A stretch of 63,314 nt of DNA, counting the filler, from Octopus bimaculoides (lineage: Eukaryota): assembly GCF_001194135.2 (NCBI RefSeq). It is 9 parts of 9 records of this genome, joined end to end, with 100 filler letters (N's around TTAATTAATTAA, not from the genome) between each part and the next. Parts side by side here need not be neighbours in the genome. Positions count along the whole stretch, not along the records: positions 1 to 17,278 come from NC_068986.1; 8 more parts are not named here. One strand, written 5' to 3'. The translations under genes were made by a program, and so were the position numbers. The notes beneath the pieces are model-generated. The model was given only the letters and a program-made list of their open reading frames with translations, did no database searches and was not told the DNA's origin. Shown one piece after another: positions 1 through 12,737 of the stretch (positions are counted from its first letter, which is position 1; every line of letters begins with the position of its first letter).

Positions 1-37
1 GTAGCTAATAAAAATATATATTGTGTTTATTAAATGG

Positions 38-288
38 TGCTAGGAGAAATCGTCCCCGGTTATTTCGTCGTTGGTTTATTTGTCCCCGGTCAATTCGTCT
101 TCGATCAATTCATCCCCAGGTCAATTCGTCGCTGGCCAATTCGTGCCAAAATACTTTTAAATGTGCTTTCCGAGGAAAGTTTAGAACAATCACTTTAGAA
201 TTGAAACTGTCGTTGGATAGTTTTAAATATTTTTCCCTTCTTTAACCCCACCCCTCTCTCACTCTCCCTTTCTTTATCTCTCTTTCTC

Positions 289-337
<49 letters not shown>

Positions 338-1897
338 TTATCTATCTATCTATCTCTTAAGTATCTGCTCTGAACAGTTTACGAACAAAGATTTTCAAAC
401 AAATCAAATCAAATTTATTCAATATGCCTACACATCAACATGACTACCTGCAAGATCATAACTTCAGAAAAAGGCAAAATCAAAGTGGTCGATCAAGAAA
501 ATTATATATACACAAAAAATAAGCAGAATACGGATGGATTGAAGATATACTGGAGGTGCGAAAATCGTGTGTGCAAGGCGAGACTTCATACAGATGAAAA
601 TTATAAAGAGCTTATGAAGACTAGGATCCATAATCACGCTGCAGAGGTAAACGCAAGGCTAATAGTTTCAAATATTGAAGTAAAGTTTATTTCATCTCGT
701 GATACCCCTCACTCAATTATCGCAAGTGGAGTTCAGAATTTAAACGACTGTACATTGTCGCAAATACTTCTGTATTAGACGTTGGAAGCAAGCTGATTCC
801 AACTATCCTGCTACCCCACTTACAAGTGTTGGGTTTTTCATTCTAAGAGAATAATCCTACCTTGACAACGATGAAACGTGTTTACAGTATGACAGCGGGA
901 TGGAAGATTCAAAACGAATACTAATATTTGCAAGTAACGAAGCACTTCGACATTTAAAATAGCACAAGAACTGGGCAGCAGATAGAACATTTAAGTGTTG
1001 CTCTAGTATATTTTTTCAGTTATATATACTTCACATTCAAATTGATAATTTTAATGCCTCACGATTGTTCGCATTGCTCTCTAGCTAAAGTCAAGACACA
1101 TAGTTTTTTTTTGCCAAATTAAATGAATTATTGCAGAATGAAGCACCTGAAAATATAATTTTGGATTTCGAAAAGGCAGTTAATAACGGATTTCGGGAAT
1201 CGTTTCCTGAGCCGAAATTGGTATGCTGCTTGTTTCATTTAGGACAAAATGTGTACAAGCATGTTGTGCAAGAAGGATTAAAATGTAGATATCACGAAGA
1301 TGACAGTTTTAATCTAAAAATACGGTGTTTTGTTGCCCTTACCTTCCTGCCGGTTGATGATGTTGTAGATGGATAGGAACAACTTGTAGATGATGATATT
1401 TCACAGTCAATTGTATCCTATTTTGAAAATAATTATATAGTACCACCTAGAGGAAGAGGACAGAGGAGGCGACGCTTTGAGCCTTCATTTCCATTACCTA
1501 CATGGAATGTTAGGGATCGATGTATGACGGGGATTGTTCGTATTACGAACTGTTTAGTAGTCATACAAATATTTGGAAACTTATTGATATTGATGAAATG
1601 TGAGGAATGGTTTGCCAGTACCAAATTGCAGAAGTTTATGCAAGAAGAACCAAGCCAAAAGAAAAAATGCAAAGATATGAACCTGCGTATAAAAAAATGT
1701 CGTGGAAAAATATGATCCAAGCCGAAAAAATATTTTTTCAAAGGCAATTGCACACAATCTTAAATCTCAAGAAAAAATAAATATGTAATACAGTAAATCT
1801 TATAATAAACCATTTTTAATTCAGATATTCGTTCTTCCATTTTTTCCTATGATCTCGACGAATTGACTGACGACGAATTGATCTGGTGACGAATTGC
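38..1897 (+). mobile_element. Degenerate Mutator-superfamily (MULE, Phantom-like) DNA transposon with FLYWCH + MULE transposase domains
   Basis: ORF 440-778 has a FLYWCH zinc-finger pattern (YIYTKNK...IYWRCENRVCKARLHT...HNH). The frame starting at 981 reads DRTFKCC..FFQLYILH, has stops at 1086 and 1101, then continues DFEKAVNNGFRESFP...CCLFHLGQ (MULE core). Left-end CAATTCGTC-type repeats (91, 122, 137) are mirrored by GACGAATTG at 1857, 1872 and 1888. No TSD seen. Confidence 0.85.
440..1750 (+). pseudogene. Disrupted FLYWCH-MULE transposase coding region
   Basis: Homology-like blocks in ORFs 440-778 and 1131-1376 and the adjoining frames are separated by in-frame stops and frameshifts. Confidence 0.8.
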
Positions 1898-1909
1898 GTG
1901 TGTACATTC

Positions 1910-2020
1910 ATACATACACACACATACATACATACATACATACATACATACATACATACATACATGCATGCATACATACATACATACATACATACATACA
2001 TACATGCATACATACATACA
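1910..2020. repeat. (CATA)n/(TATG)n tetranucleotide microsatellite; similar tracts at ~2808-2862, 8920-8985, 15160-15365, 16617-16710, 50246-50282
   Basis: Directly visible tandem repeat. Confidence 0.95.
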
Positions 2021-2862
2021 TAGAAAAAGACCAGCTAACGAACACACTACATTTTTCCTGCTAGATACATAGGGAAAAAGAAGTCAGCAAACAGGCACTT
2101 AGCAAATTTCCTCTGCAGGTGGAACAACGAAAACATGTGAGACTTTTATAAATTTCAACATGTAACTCTTTTCCGTTGCTATTATCGAAATTCCAATGAT
2201 GGCGTATTGCTTCTGCCAGCATTTTTCTATAGGAAAAATTCAAGGAATTAAATAAGAGAAAATACATACGCTCTACATACGCACACTGATAAAATGTAAA
2301 CGAAAAAAAAAAAAAAGAAACAGCAAGAATGAGTGAGAAAATTTGAAAGGCGAGAAGAAAGAAAACGGAGGAAAAGAAAAAAAGAAGCAAGGAAATGAAC
2401 AATCCAAAGGCAAAAGAAAGGAACAGAGTTCTGGATAAGAGAACTATACGTCTGTCACTGGCATTCCTTTCAAATAAAATTCTGTTAACGAGAAATTAGG
2501 GAGGCGTAATAGCAAAGTCGGTGAAATGAGTAAACATAACCATATGATGCTTCCCAGAAAGTTTGGTATCAGGTGAAAGAGTTGGGGGTGTTCTGGTCAT
2601 ATTGGGAGGCTGGATAAATATTTGCCTCACAACCTTCCCACAATCAGGTAAGAAAGAAAGAACGAGACAAAGAGGAGAAAGGAGGGCAGGAGGAAAATTC
2701 TGGGAATCGTGTATTTACATGTAGTGCTTTAATTGCTCACAACTGTGAAACTCATTGTAATAAAGCGTTTTCAATATGGTAAAGATGCACACACATACAG
2801 ACACACATGTATGTATGTATGTATGTATGTATGTATGTATGTATGTATGTATGTATGTATGT

Positions 2863-3052
2863 ATATCGTTGACTGAACACTATTCAATTTTTTTTCTCCG
2901 TGTTTTTCTCCTTGTCTCTGTATTCTTTCTGTTGAAGAGCGTAGCTCGAAACGTCAAAGACTTTCCGTATTCCCGAGCGTCATACTAATATATACTTTTG
3001 TTATTTACACCACCTGTCCTCGTCTGTTGTTATTATTTGTATTTTCTCCCAT
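2863..3052 (+). mobile_element. Penelope-like pseudo-LTR fragment carrying a minimal hammerhead-like motif (2924-2960)
   Basis: TCTTT-CTGTTGAA-GAGC-GTA-GCTC-GAAAC-GTC-AAAGA: stem I (TCTTT/AAAGA), stem II (GAGC/GCTC), GAAA core and a GUC site, the layout of PLE minimal hammerheads. The core deviates (CTGTTGA instead of CTGANGA). Confidence 0.55.
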
Positions 3053-3294
3053 NNNNNNNNNNNNNNNNNNNNNNNNNNNNNNNNNNNNNNNNNNNNNNNN
3101 NNNNNNNNNNNNNNNNNNNNNNNNNNNNNNNNNNNNNNNNNNNNNNNNNNNNNNNNNNNNNNNNNNNNNNNNNNNNNNNNNNNNNNNNNNNNNNNNNNNN
3201 NNNNNNNNNNNNNNNNNNNNNNNNNNNNNNNNNNNNNNNNNNNTATATATATATATATATAGCATATATACATACTTATATGTATTTATATATA

Positions 3295-3336
<42 letters not shown>

Positions 3337-3617
3337 TGATACGTAAACACTCATACATACGTTAATGCACCTACATACGTGTATAGATAAATACATAAAT
3401 AAAAGCATAAGGCATTTAAGCATGCATTATCGTAGCATTCATCCATACAGAGATTATGCATATGTACGTATAATTCAATATCGTTTTCGGCAATGAGCAT
3501 TCTATTTGTGTGATCAAGTGAACTAGTAACTCATTGACTTAGCGTTTTTATATAATGAAACTCAGCATGGTTGCGCAGAAAGGCCGACAATCTAACAAAT
3601 ATATTTATATATGGGTA

Positions 3618-3787
3618 CAGGCGGATCTGTGTGAGTAAGAAGATTGTTTCCCAACCATGTGGCCTAGGGTTCAGTCCCTCTGCGCGGCACCTTGAGCAAG
3701 TGTCTTCTACAAAAGCCCGGTCGACCAAAGCCTTGTCCGTGGATTTGGTAGATGGAAACTGAAAGAAGCCCAAAATGTGTGCGTGTT

Positions 3788-3883
<96 letters not shown>

Positions 3884-4089
3884 TGCCATCACTTCTTGAC
3901 CATCGGTATTGGAATGACTACGTCTCCGCAACTTAGCGGTTCGACAAAAAGGACGATGCAATAAGTACCAGATCTAAAAAAGAAGAACTGGGTCGATTTG
4001 TTCGACCAAACCCTTCTAGATGCAGCACCGGCATGCCCCGCAATCCAGTCCAATAAGTGGACCAAGCAAGGGATAAATGGTAAAAGATA
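3618..4089 (+). mobile_element. tRNA-head SINE, family C (contains internal (GT)n)
   Basis: Head GGGTTCAGTCCC..GCACCTTGAGCAAGTGTCTTCTAC and body GGATTTGGTAGATGGAAACTGAAAGAAGCCC are shared with the copies at 26669, 44573 and 59582. Confidence 0.85.
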
Positions 4090-4265
4090 TGCGCCTTTCA
4101 TCTTCCACATGCTATCCATAGACCTTCTCGGTTTAAGAGGCGGGAAAATTTATATAGACGATGATGTAAAAACTGCAACTCATGGGTTCACGCACGCATG
4201 AGTGAGCATGAATAAACTTGTTTTGATGTTGTTTACGAACGCTTGTACACATACCTTTTCTACAC

Positions 4266-4610
4266 ATAGGATCGTGGTTTCGATTCCCAGACCAGGCGTT
4301 GTGAGTGTTTATTGAGCGAAAACACCTAAAGCTCCACGAGGCTTCGGCAGGGGATGGTGGCAAACCCTGCTGTACTCTTCCACCACAACTTTCTTTCACT
4401 CTTATTTCCAGTTTCTCTTGTACCTGTAATTCAAAGGGTCAGCCTTGTCACACTGTGTCACGCTGAATATCCCCGAGAACTACGTTAAGGGTACACATGT
4501 CTGTGGAGTGCTCAGCCACTTGCACGTTAATTTCACGAGCAGGCTGTTCCGTTGATCGGATCAACTGGAACCCTCGACGTCGTAAGCGACGGAGTGCCAA
4601 CAACAACAAC
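4266..4610 (+). mobile_element. tRNA-head SINE, family A (5'-truncated)
   Basis: Near-identical to 60317-60703 and to the reverse complement of 54466-54853; ends in an (AAC)n tail. Confidence 0.9.
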
Positions 4611-5169
4611 ATGACTAACTGGATCCGTTAAAACTTCACGGAAACATAAAAAATGTAAGCATCTGTAAACAGAAACTTCATCTAATAACTATCGAATTAT
4701 GTATATGCAGGACCCCGGGAAACTGTACAAAATACCAAAAATGTAAGTATCTTTAAATAGTGGCCATATTTAAATATGGAATAATTTTGACGCCTTTTGT
4801 TTTTAACTGGTGTCACCTGTAGTCATTGTGTCCCACTATCCTGCTGACCAGCTTGAATGTTGTTTGTAATTAACTGTGTTGAATCGGGGGTGCCTCCCGA
4901 AGAAAGGCAGTGAAGTATCCTTCGCTGGGGGTTGAACCCTATTAAACTGAGTTGCTGTCGCTGCTGCGGACATTGGAGGTGGTAGTGATGCTGGCTAGTG
5001 CGATTTTGTGGTTTGCTGGTATGGTGGAGGAGGAGGCAGCTACGAGAGAGATCTCCGATTCTCCGGTCTTGAAGGTGTAATGTGGATGTGTAATAATGGA
5101 GCAGGCTGGTGTGGTGGTGATGGTAGCAGGTACCGTGGTCTTCCTCACAGTGGCCTTGTCTGTGATCCT

Positions 5170-5545
5170 GATTGAGTCTCATAACTCTTATTTTGATATT
5201 GTTCATAGCTCGTGTTGTTGAAATGTGACATATAATTGGCCAAGAGAAAATACCGGTTGATGCAAATGTAGTCCAACTTTTTCAAATGTTTGCCCTTGAA
5301 CCTTATTGATTGTCATTGAATATGCAAGTCGAAGAGGAAACTGAAGTCTGTTTAGTGTGAATGGAATATCTGCTTCACTTGGGCTGAGACTAATTTTGAG
5401 AATTTGAACTGTACGACCTCTGTTGCAGCTTGTTTCCAATCATGCCTCTACACGATGTTCATGAAGCATTTGCACTTTCATGCGAGTTCCATTACGTAAT
5501 GCTTGACTGATGGAAAGATTTCTTAGCAGCATTACAATAGCCCCT
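5170..5545 (-). mobile_element. Helitron RepHel PIF1-like helicase C-terminal fragment (pseudogenised)
   Basis: The minus strand reads GAIVMLLRNLS..LRNGTRM...*...LQFPLRLAYSMTINKVQGQTFEKVGLHL..PVFSLGQLYV, then with a frameshift STTRAMNNIKIRV. These are SF1/PIF1 helicase motifs typical of Helitrons. Confidence 0.85.
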
Positions 5546-5796
5546 GCTGTCTGTTGTTTTGCTACTCACTTCAACTATATTTTCTCTGTTTAAAACCTTT
5601 AATTTGTTTTTCTTTGCACCTCTCCCTTCAACGGAAGAAAAGCAACAGTAACAACCACAGCTATTTAGTAAGAGAGAGAGAGAGAGAGAGAGAGAGNNNN
5701 NNNNNNNNNNNNNNNNNNNNNNNNNNNNNNNNNNNNNNNNNNNNNNNNNNNNNNNNNNNNNNNNNNNNNNNNNNNNNNNNNNNNNNNNNNNNNNNN

Positions 5797-5844
<48 letters not shown>

Positions 5845-6283
5845 TCCATCCCCTCTCCCTCCCCTATGTCTCCTTACCTGTCACCCATCCTCTTGCATTT
5901 AACGCGTTAAGTCCCCCTCTCTCCCTCTCCCTCTTCTATGTCTCCTTTCCTCTCACCCATCGTACTGCGATAATGAAAAGTAAAAGTAACATCTAATATT
6001 TGCAGTGGTTATTTGTCTTTGATGCAACAATGTGTCGACGTACCTATGTATATAGTTTTCTTCCGATGTATGTATGTACTCTGAAAATGCTGATAAACAT
6101 TTAACAACAGGAAACGAACGACACCTTCCTTTCAGTCATTATTCATTCTGTCTGTCACTGTCTCTCTTTCTGTCCCAGTTCTTGCCTGTCTATCCTATCT
6201 CTCACTTTGCCTCTCCCTTCACCTATACCTCGTCTACTTGACACCTTTTATTTCTCTTTGTAACAGTAACATCCACAGCAAGT

Positions 6284-6461
<178 letters not shown>

Positions 6462-8379
6462 ATGTTGTACCTCCACTTAGCCGCTTTGCCTCTCACTTCA
6501 ACTATATTTCCTCTGCTGAACAAGTTTTCTTTTTTTCTTTTGACGTCTTCTTTTGAAGTAAGTGTGACACACACCACAGGTACGTACGTAAAAAACAAAA
6601 ATTAGCATATTAATATTTAGGATTGGACAATGGCTTGCATATGTGTAGCAATTTAATTTAGTAAAGCCTGTTCCGATTCGATGGCATGAGGAGTGAAATG
6701 ATCTAAAAGAAAATCAATTATTTAAGCCGCAATTGAAACAAGTAGGGCATTAATGATCAGAAAATTAAGGTTATGTAGTAAATATTAATTAATGCAATAG
6801 GGTTTAAAGTTCCAGCTAAGCGACTCATTGATATGTCGGTTTACCTATTGAAGAACTCACCATATGCATCCTGTGAACAATAATCTCACGTACAATCTAA
6901 CACTAAACGTCGCTGGCTCTGTCCTTGGGGCATATCACTGATAAGGTCGCGAATGGCGACAAAAGAAGTCTGACGAACCTACTTAACTGATTGACTGATC
7001 GAAAGATTGATTGAACAATCGATTAGTTAATTGGTTAAATGGTTAACTAGTTGACTAATAATACTAAAATAAGTGAAATAGGGCCAGTACGTGTGATTAT
7101 TATTGACATAATGACCTTCCCAAGATACAATAAAATACAGTTTAGAAGCTTTCAAAAATAGAAATGCACAGTTAGTGTTCCCACTACTAATAGTTCTTAT
7201 AGTTAACAAGGGTTTCAACAATTAATATTTTGGAGTAGGTCAAGTAAAAGTGATAAAGCGATAAACTAAATGCATTATGGTCTCCATTTTCATGTCTTCG
7301 TTGTATTTTGTGATGTGAAAACACAGCTGAAGAAACTTATTCTTTCAAATTATATGAGGTCGATCAAATACTTCTTATAAGGAATAGAACATTTGTAAAA
7401 TGAGACTAAAACTTTGATAGTCTTCATTACTGAGTTTAAAAATTGCAGAGCATACTACGTTGTGACATTACATGTAGTCTGTGGAAAGTTTCGAAAGTGA
7501 ATATAAAAATTCTTATATATAGAAATTCTAAAGTAAAAATAGGCGTTTGGACATTTGATATACTTTCACCAATTCCTAAAGAATTCAGCTGGTTTTTATT
7601 TAATCAGCATCAGATGTAAGAGTAAGAAAATATACAATGTCTGCCTTGATAGCAATCAAAATCTGCTGTGTATGTAATATTTATGGACGTAAACCGATAC
7701 TTAAATCACTAATTAGTAGCCTTTCATGTTTCAGTTTAGCTCCCAACTGTTGACAATAACCGACACTAAATTCAGCGATTCAGGAAAATGATATGGTAAT
7801 TAATGAACCTTGAGAGTTTAGTCCCACTGCGTGCGCGGCACCTTCTTCTAGTGGCTTCTACTATAGTCCCACGCAGATCAAGACTTCTGGTGGAATTTGT
7901 TAAACGGAAGTTGTGTAGAAACCGGTCGTGTATATATATATATATATNNNNNNNNNNNNNNNNNNNNNNNNNNNNNNNNNNNNNNNNNNNNNNNNNNNNN
8001 NNNNNNNNNNNNNNNNNNNNNNNNNNNNNNNNNNNNNNNNNNNNNNNNNNNNNNNNNNNNNNNNNNNNNNNNNNNNNNNNNNNNNNNNNNNNNNNNNNNN
8101 NNNNNNNNNNNNNNNNNNNNNNNNNNNNNNNNNNNNNNNNNNNNNNNNNNNNNNNNNNNNNNNNNNNNNNNNNNNNNNNNNNNNNNNNNNNNNNNNNNNN
8201 NNNNNNNNNNNNNNNNNNNNNNNNNNNNNNNNNNNNNNNNNNNNNNNNNNNNNNNNNNNNNNNNNNNNNNNNNNNNNNNNNNNNNNNNNNNNNNNNNNNN
8301 NNNNNNNNNNNNNNNNNNNNNNNNNNNNNNNNNNNNNNNNNNNNNNNNNNNNNNNNNNNNNNNNNNNNNNNNNNNNNNN

Positions 8380-8430
<51 letters not shown>

Positions 8431-8570
8431 ACAGAACCTGCATGTGCCACAGACGGTGCCCAACTGATCCTAATATATTGTGTAATCGATAAAATCAAAA
8501 ACAAACAATGCGCATACGCGAAATTAAAGATATATGTCGACAATTTACACATCGCACTTTATACATACAT

Positions 8571-8606
<36 letters not shown>

Positions 8607-8782
8607 GCACGTATATATATATATTATTTTAAAACAGTTTGATTTGGCACCAGATATAGAAAAGAGACGCGAACTCTGAAAGTTTCTTAGATCTCCAACG
8701 GGAGCCCGACTCCTTCAGGCATACACGTACAATCATACATAGATACATATACAGTATATATATATAAGGATAAAAGGATGTG

Positions 8783-8829
<47 letters not shown>

Positions 8830-8926
8830 ATGTATGTATGTATGTATGTATGTACATATATACATACTTACACACACGCACGCACGCACACACACGCATA
8901 TATATATATATATATATATATACTGG

Positions 8927-8957
<31 letters not shown>

Positions 8958-10392
8958 TGCATGCATGCATGTATGTATGTATGCGTGTGTATATAATATA
9001 TTTACAAAGTACAATTTCATCTTCATGTGGGATTAACTCGACATGGAATTGCGGTAAACACAGTCTTTAGTATCGGATAAAGTAGACTCCAATCCTTTAA
9101 TTTTTAACCTTCGATTTCCACTTGCTTAGTTTATGTAGCTCTCTTTGTGACAATTGTTGTGGTTCAATGAAGAAACACGTGATGTCTTCATCTTTTTTGC
9201 CTCTCGATGTACTCTGTTCTCATTTGATACTTCATCACTTAAAATAATGAGCTCAAGAAGGGTTTTTTTTTCTTTTTTTACTGCTGGCGTATTTCTGCGA
9301 TTTCAAGAGATAACACCATATACATAACCTAGCAGAAAGAATTGGGGTGATTTAGATAATCTTTTGTTGTTATAATTCATGTAGACAAGCACTGGTGTGA
9401 AATCAACAAGAAGTAACACTCATCAGCTGTTGGTGATGCACCATTTTCTAGTAGACTGACTTGGAGCTAGACCACACAGAAACACTAGGCTCATGTTTGA
9501 ACAGATCTAAAAATGCTTCAACGTGCACAGTGTACTGCTTTTACCAAATTTATCTTGTCAGTATTATGTTGAGGCACTCCCCAAAGGAATAACTTTCATT
9601 AGTTATATATAAAATAAGTATATGTATGTAAGTCTGTATGCGTGTGTGTATGCGTGTTATCAGTGTATGTACATATATTACATACGTATATGTGCATGCA
9701 TATACAGTCTTAACTTGATGTAATATGTTGCATGTATGACCGTTGCTACCTAGCTACACGTATTGTAGGCCTCTTAACGCAATAAGTCGATGATATTTAA
9801 CTCCTACGCAAATGAAGACATTGCACATTTAACTACACCTCACAATCAACACATAACATAAACAGCGGTATCATGATCTCCCTACTTCCTTTTCACATTC
9901 CTTTCCTTACTCCCTCTGTCTCTTTCTTGCACTCTTCTCCCTTCCCTTCTCTTTTTATCACTTTGTCTCCTTCCCTCCCCCCCTCTCTCTCTCCCTGTTG
10001 ATTCTCTTTCTCCCTTTCTCTCCATCATTCTTTCATCACTTACAATATAACCCAGTCTATTTCATTCCGCATCTTTCATTCTTTCTTACACTCACCATGT
10101 AAACAGACGTTTTAAATTTCCTTTCTCTTCTCTCTCAATACTTCTCTTCTCTTTGATAAAGTACGTCATCCGAAGCGTTAGATTCTCTTTTATTTCTTCC
10201 TCTGGCGTATTTATTACCATTGTACTGGTTTTTTTTATTGCAGTTTTTTATTCTACATTTTTACACGATCTCATTTACATGTTTCACTTGTTCGACTCCA
10301 TGTATTATTTGTTTGTCGCCTCTTTACCTCATAATTTACTCGCCTTATTCGTTTGATTTTTAACTATTTATCTATTTGTCTATCGATTGATG

Positions 10393-10489
<97 letters not shown>

Positions 10490-10504
10490 TATTAAAGTCT
10501 TCAC

Positions 10505-10696
10505 TTATATCGGTTCCAAATTTTGGTTCAAAGCCAGCAATTTCGGGTGGTGGCGGGGAGAAATTAAGTCGATTACATCGATTCCATTGCTCATTTCCGA
10601 AAGGATGAAAGGCAAAGTCGACCTCGGCGGCATTTGAACTCAGAACGTAAAGACAGACGAAATGCTACTAAGCATTTTGTCCGGCATGCTAACGAT
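10505..10696 (-). mobile_element. SINE family B copy
   Basis: GAAAGGATGAAAGGCAAAGTCGACCTCGGCGGCATTTGAACTCAGAACG is the reverse complement of the body at 22409-22642. Confidence 0.85.
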
Positions 10697-11070
10697 AAAG
10701 CCTTCACTTATATTAACTGATATACCATTAACTTTTCAACCGATGATTATGTTAAATGAGTTAAAAGGGAACATAAAGTTACTAGAAGACTAAATCTAGT
10801 AGAGAAATTCTGGTTTCATATTTAGAATCAGCATGCAAAAATAGAGTTGGATCACATATGAAAACACTTGAAGCAAAATTTTGTTGCAACTTGTAACTGG
10901 TTAATCGAGTTGACGACCAATTTTTATTGCCACATGAGAATGCTTCAGATTGGTAACATTTTGTTACGCAAAAGAAAAATTGAACTGATACTAATAATTG
11001 AATTAATTTATTATTTATATAACAGAATTAATAGAATTAATATCAAATAAACTTCATTGAGAATTCGGAT

Positions 11071-12660
11071 CAGTGGTTCTTACTATTTTGAACAATGCAC
11101 ATCCCTTCGTTGTTGGCCATTGCTTCTCTGCTCCACTCTGCGAAATACATTTTCAGTTAAATGTATTTGATCTTAGTTTTTTATTAACCAAAAACGTTTG
11201 TAAAAGCAACAATCAAAAGCAGTAAAGAAAGGAACATATTTTATATAAGAAATAATAAAGATGTATTAAAATTAAATATAATGTATAAAATAGAAAAAAT
11301 ACATTGGAGTGTGAGTTTAACAGCGCAAGAAACTATTCATATTTATTGAAATTCCAACATAAAAAGATATTGACATAAAAATCACTGAGACACTTGACAT
11401 TGCGTCTCTACATGGCTGAATTCCAGTTAGAGCACAACATTATTCTGCTCCGTTAGTCATGTTGTTTCGGTATTTGCAAAAGGAATTGAAGATGAAGCCT
11501 CACAGAGATACGGGGTCCGAACATCGTCAACACACCAAGAGCTTGATGTGCTATCAAAATATCAAGAGGAAATTACTTTACATTGAAAGTGTATATATAC
11601 TGAGTGTTATGCAATGTTCTTCAGTCGAGGAGTTAGAGTTCAATACAAAAATTTGGAGCTTCGTCACAAGCATCAGATATTTCATACTGAAATGAGTCCC
11701 AAATAAACTTTCAGGCTTCGAGTCTTGTTTCTATATCTGGAGAGTATCAGACGAATTCTGCTTTAAGTTAACCAGCATTTTTATATTGGAGATAAGGTGA
11801 TCGACAACATAATCAAAGTTACAAAACTAGTTGCGTTTTATTTCCAATTCAAGTTTGATCAAGAAAGTCTGAATGAAATGAGTGTGAATATTATGTTTAT
11901 ACTTTTCTTGAAGTTAGGGTTTAAATGAATCCAAGATGCCCACTAGAGACAGCAAACATTTTTTATAGACTTGAGCTTATAAATGAGAGTTGTTTTCTGA
12001 TGCGAATCTAGAAATGTTACCACCTATTCTGATAATTGCTAATTTATAAAGCTGCCCAAGAATGTTGCCTGAGTGGCGTCCATGTTATCTTCATGAGGAA
12101 CTCGACTACATTCACAACTTTCTTCCCTTCACACAACATTAAAATGTCCGGTGTTTTGGTATCTGGGATGGGAAAGAGTTCTTGGCGCCCTGGTAAATCT
12201 GCAGTCACCTCTCAATAGCCGTTCCATTTTTCTAGAGAGACGTTTCGATGATATTATCCTTGACGGTATTATTTAACAGAGAGAAATGGAAAAGCTTATT
12301 CGCACAGTTCTTAACAACAACTACTTCTGATAGTCGCAATACAATTGAATGGACGAGATTCTCTCCCATGCCGTGGCTTTTTTGTTTCCTTTGATCTTTG
12401 AAATCAACATGGCTAGCTCATATGATGCTCCTGCAAGTGTTAACGTTCGTTGACGAAATGATCCTTTGCTATGCATCTTAGCATATTTTAATGAGTGAAT
12501 TTCGATTGAAAGAATTCTTTAGGTTTATCAGCTTGATCAGGTGTGTTGTTCTAAAATGATACTCAAAGGCGAATGGGCAGCTTCGCATCATGACCCAGAA
12601 GCATAGCTTATTACATATTGAGTTACTTCTGTATCAGCTTTCTGAAGCAACAACAACCCA
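11071..12660 (-). mobile_element. Decayed, internally deleted hAT transposon (Buster/Charlie, ZBED5/SCAND3-like transposase)
   Basis: Minus-strand fragments read DQADKPKEFFQSK, ASYELAML, SLLNNTVKDNII and PYLCEASS..KYRNN (hAT dimerisation-like). CAGTGGTTCT at 11071 resembles a Charlie-type TIR start. Many stops and frameshifts. Confidence 0.65.
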
Positions 12661-12683
12661 CATGTAATATAGACTTGAAAATA

Positions 12684-12737
<54 letters not shown>

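Noticed and set aside
2100-2230. Exon-like segments on both strands
   Set aside because: Acceptor-like signals but no recognisable peptide or convincing donor.
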